This document shows, in pieces, positions 59,461 to 64,000 of a stretch of DNA of 64,000 bases. The notes beneath the pieces are model-generated. The model was given only the letters and a program-made list of their open reading frames with translations, ran no database searches and was not told the DNA's origin. A program made the translations under genes and the position numbers. Position 1 is the first letter of the stretch. Every line of letters begins with the position of its first letter. The stretch is from Ascidiella aspersa. Taxonomy: Eukaryota. Where the stretch lies: contig OZ004614.1 in NCBI GenBank assembly GCA_963924565.1, positions 9,734,001-9,798,000 on the forward strand. The letters are read 5' to 3'.

Positions 59461-59957
59461 CAGTGTTGTAAACAAGTCATTTTGAAATAACTTAAGTCCC
59501 AGTCAAGTCATTCGTAAAATAACTTAAGTCCAAGTCAAGTCTTTTTGAATAAATAACAAGTCAAGTCCCAGTCCAAGTCATCGGTTGCCCAAGTCAAGTC
59601 CCAGTCAAGTTATAATTAGAGCAAGTCAATTTCAAGTCCAGCCCTTGTCAAAAAAATAAAACTTTAAATTACGAAAACCGGAAAACTCCTCCGATTATTA
59701 TGAGCAACTCAAGTAAAAAATAACATAAAAGCAGCACAAGCAAATTTTTTTATGTGCAAAGATTGGAATAAATAACGCAATTTTATAAATTGCAATTGTT
59801 AAAACAATTTATTTTAACCCAAGTCATTTGTCCAACTGACTTAAGTCAAGTCAAGTCATTTGCCCAAAAGACTCAAGTCAAGTCAAGTCAATTCATTTAA
59901 AAACAGCGACTTAAGTGCACTTAAGTCAAGTCATTGACTTAAGTCATTACAACACTG
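59461..59957. mobile_element. hAT-type MITE, AAGTC family, best-preserved copy
   Basis: Perfect TIRs CAGTGTTGTAA/TTACAACACTG and perfect 8-bp TSD gattttgc. Degenerate copies lie near 3990-4250, 8170-8285, 21563-21990, 37535-37762 and 57305-57550. Confidence 0.92.
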
Positions 59958-62900
59958 GATTTTGCGAATCGCTCGTGTTATTAACTTTTAAGATTTTAAT
60001 TTCCTCGTAAGGTATAAGTTAGCTAAATTAAATCCAAATTGGCGGGAATTCATTATTCACTGTACATGTCACCCATGGGAAAAAACATGTGAAAGTACAA
60101 CAATTATGTATCACGTAATCCACTTCACTTGTTTATCAGCAATTTTGACCCAGGTGTTGGCAAAATGTTTTAACGCAAGTGCGTTTCCATTTGCAAAATG
60201 GATTGGCTTCTAATCGCAAACGCCTGACCCTGCAGTTTTCACATATATGCAACTGGCGAAAACATAAGTGTTTAGTGACTCTTATATAGGAGGCGTAAGG
60301 CTATAGGCCCCTAAAGGGTTTCATGCAAAGCAAAAAATCCAACGTATACCGGTACAGTATTAGATTTCAATTCATAATTCCAGTTATTTTCGTTAAATCA
60401 GCGCATAGACAAACAGCCTTTAGTGAAAATCAAACCCCAATGCTTCGCCATGCTATAGGACTTCTGCTTATTGGCAGAGGCGTTTAAACATTATTTGTTT
60501 TTATATAACTATATGTGTCTTGGGAAATGTCACAAGCATTTAGGAAACGTCACAAGCCACAAAAATGATGGATTTTGTGTGTTTAATGACTTTCAGTCGT
60601 AACTGGCCATCGTTGAAGTAATTTGGACGAAATAGTATGCACCTGGCTAAAGCACATTGTTCGGGGCGGATTCTGAATCATTTATTTCGAACTATAACTC
60701 TTGTATTAAAGATTTCGACCGAAATGATCAACCTTCATAATTTACGGATATTGTCAGATTCATCCTTTTTCAAATTTCTAATTCGTTTTAATTACTCAAA
60801 AGAACAGTAATCAATAATCTTCATCAATAATTCGAAGGGTCTACAAAACATTCACTACAACAGCTTGGTAAATGACGTTTTGCATACAATAATACCAGCT
60901 GCTTAATTTATATTGCTGATTGATCCTTGCTGATATTTTTTTATCTGAGCCTCAACAAATATAAATTGCGAAATCAACCGCGTATATGTTTATGTTTACG
61001 GCCGCATCAACAAAGCAACGCAGGAAGTTTTTTGTTTGATCGTAAGCAACCGCAATGTCCGCTGCGAATGCTTGCAATCTGAAAAGTTTGCGCCTAAAGC
61101 GACGTCCATACTTCACACTGCTGTAAACAGATCATTTCGAAATCACGCCAATGTTAATTTAGATTTTTTTGCGAAATAAATTTAGTATAAGTCAGGTCAT
61201 TTACGACAAATATGAAAGCTGAATTCGCAGTACAAACCAACAACGAAACATTCACACATATATGTGTGTTAATAACTAAGATCATAGATCAACAGATTCG
61301 GTGAGTCTGCGATGGCTTTCGGTGTACAAACCAACAATTGATTTATATTGTAATTATGTCATACGCGTAAATGTTATCTCAAGACACGTCTAAAAGACAA
61401 AACAAAAACTTTTACACAAAATCTGTAAATAAACCAATTCTGTCAATCATTTTACCTTGACACCACCTAAACACGTGAGTATAATTTGAGCGATTTGCGT
61501 AAATGACTGAACTCCAAGTCAAGTGATTTGTCACAATGCCACACCTAAAGTGAACTGCGCAGATTAGGTCATATCAAGCGCAGAAAGTGAGTGTGTAAAA
61601 CAAATAATACTTCGGAACAGTTCGGTTAATTCACTTTTTAAAGGCACAAATTCGAATTTAAGTTTTTTTCGGTAAAAAGGCCCAGGTCAAGCCTTTTTCG
61701 ATAAATATCCAAGCTAAAATCCCTCTCCCAGTATTTCCAGTTAATATAGAAGTGTCCCAATCCACACCAGTGTTTTTTTATTTGAAAAAGTACCCTGAAA
61801 CAAGGTTGATGTAAATGTAATCATTGTAGCGTCGAAAGCCTTAAATCATCAATATTTTTTTGTTAGCCCCTTTGTATGTAAAAACAATACACATTTTATT
61901 GTTGGCTCATTTCAAGTCAAATGCCAAAAAATCTAATTATTCTTACCGTTTTTAACATGGCATTATACGTTTCAAATAAAGTCCAGCACGGGCGAAATTT
62001 TACAAGTAAAATCCTTGTTGAATTAAACTACAAATCCCATTATTCAAGCCATTATGCAAATATCGTTATGTGTTTATGCATCACGTAATTCTTTTAACTA
62101 AAGGTTTTGCAAGTTGTATCTACATAAACGTTGTTTGTTCGCGCTTCGTGCCTTTAGACCACATTTCAGCTGCACATTTGCGTATGAGTTCGCTTTACAA
62201 AACAATTTGCTTTTAAGATAAATTGCGTTGCAGCGTAACGTTTTGACGTAAGTTTGTGACGTCATCTCTACTAAATTTCATGGACTCTCCCAAACAAAAA
62301 TCCTGGGGTCCGCATCTGGTCAAGACAACCTATATCACCGCTATAGGCAACATTTAGATTTCGAAGTCGACCTGATTGATTCCCCTTAGCGCAAATCGAC
62401 CTAACTGATTCCCCTTAGCGAGTCTGTGATGATGACGGTGCCCAATGCGACGCGAGTGTTTTGTTTAATCCTCGTGTTGTGTGTTGCGAGCAAGATGCAA
62501 CTGACTTTCCTCGCAGTAAGGGAGGAGCGGTACTCAAGAGAGTTCAGCTTGCCCCCTTCCGGTTTAGGGTCGACGCCGGAATCACACACACCGCAATTGC
62601 TGTCATGCCTCTATCAATCACTGGACGAGGTCATAGAACGTAAACACGTTTTCTGACTGCAAGTAACATCGCATCGAGTATGTTGTGTTTCGAGATTGAG
62701 CCTTGAATGAGCCAGGGCTCGACTGCTTGCCTGCTTTGCATTACTTGTGTTGGTTTAATATTGGCTTCATGATATCGAAATTACGGATATCCGATATTCC
62801 GCGTTTAATTCTGATACCCGAGTTGGGAAACTTCAGCAGTCGTATCACATGCGTTTCGAAGCTTACTTTTTCTCGATTGTTAACTTACAAAATTTGTAAA

Positions 62901-64000
62901 AAAAATCACCCTCTAAGTTAGGAAACGATGTGTTGTTAACGGTGGTTTAAATACCTATAGATTATTGACTTATTAGCTATCACATAACAACCTACTTTTA
63001 ATGATTACATCAATGTCATATCGGACCTCCCAAATCAGAGCAAAAACACTAACTCTTTCAGCAGGATTAAATTTTACCTTAAAGACTTTAATTTACTTAA
63101 ACAGAAACAGGCCCACGCAATTACAATCCTATACGCAACGTGTCTTAATATTACATAACAATAAATAAGAAAATAAATGGAAAACATAAACTGGGGTGGA
63201 TACTTACTTTTAATACATTAAAGTTATTTAAATCGATTGTGTTAGAGTTAGACCAATGATCTTTGACCGGGCGTGTATTCCATTGAATGTAAAATTAATA
63301 AATTACTTGTGGAACACCTGGCTAGCTTTCACGGAAAGTGTTCCGCAGAACACCGTTTAAAAATCACTGAGCTATAGCGATACAATTGATATGTACGAAA
63401 TTATCGATATGGTTAATTAATCTTTCGAAGGAGCGTTGCAAACGTTTGTTGTGGAACACAGGCTCACTTAGGTTAATCTGTCAGCCAGGGAAATCGCACA
63501 ACGAGAAACTAATCATTATCCCGCAGCTGGGTGCAAATCGAAAAACGACAACAGCATAACATAGTCCACGGCAGGCGAATATCCGCTCTTATTCAGTAAT
63601 CAGTAAAAAGTATTTGGATCGAGCGGAATTAATGAATTGCAAAACACAGCGACGTGACAAATCTGTGTCACACAAGTCGCTTAGAACGATGGCCTGGGTA
63701 CGAAGCAAAAGCGAAATGTTAAATGATTGGCTTTATAATCACCGGCGGAAATGAATAAGCAGCTGGCAAGCTTACACACGTAAACCGACGAAAACAATAG
63801 TGGGTCGAGAGGAGCTTTTGTTTTGTTTACAGCGCAGTTTTGTGGTTGACCGTTGTTGGGCTTAATCACTTTCTCGCTAATTTTTCGCGTCTACGACTTC
63901 CGAGGCCTCATTTTACTGCGAACTGTTTTTCATTTATTTCGAAATTGCGCAAAACAACATTTGTTTTACTTTGTCAATTGTCGAACAACCATTTTGTGGG

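Overview
AT-rich, intron-rich animal genomic DNA, not prokaryotic. Gene content and repeat landscape suggest an invertebrate chordate such as an ascidian (inference). Most ORF-track entries are spurious or exon fragments, so genes were assembled by hand from GT-AG exons. Contents: (1) the 3' part of a thyroid-peroxidase-architecture gene on + (peroxidase-Sushi-EGF-TM; 583-8618); (2) a ~9-kb direct tandem duplication (~3327-12279 / ~12280-21292) that copies the tails of two convergent genes, giving the peroxidase a second intact 5-exon C-terminal module and the channel a second terminal exon; (3) a 16-exon Nanchung/OCR-type TRPV channel on - (37373-20382, ~738 aa); (4) two tandem BLVRB/flavin-reductase paralogs on +, the second with a C-terminal tail anchor; (5) the first exons of a divergent class-A GPCR. 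Non-coding DNA holds many MITEs with target-site duplications (one triply nested), a long-TIR foldback element, minimal hammerhead-ribozyme motifs in TRPV introns, and an intronic tandem repeat that multiplies a splice donor. All alignments and family calls were made by eye and from memory of the protein families; no searches were run.
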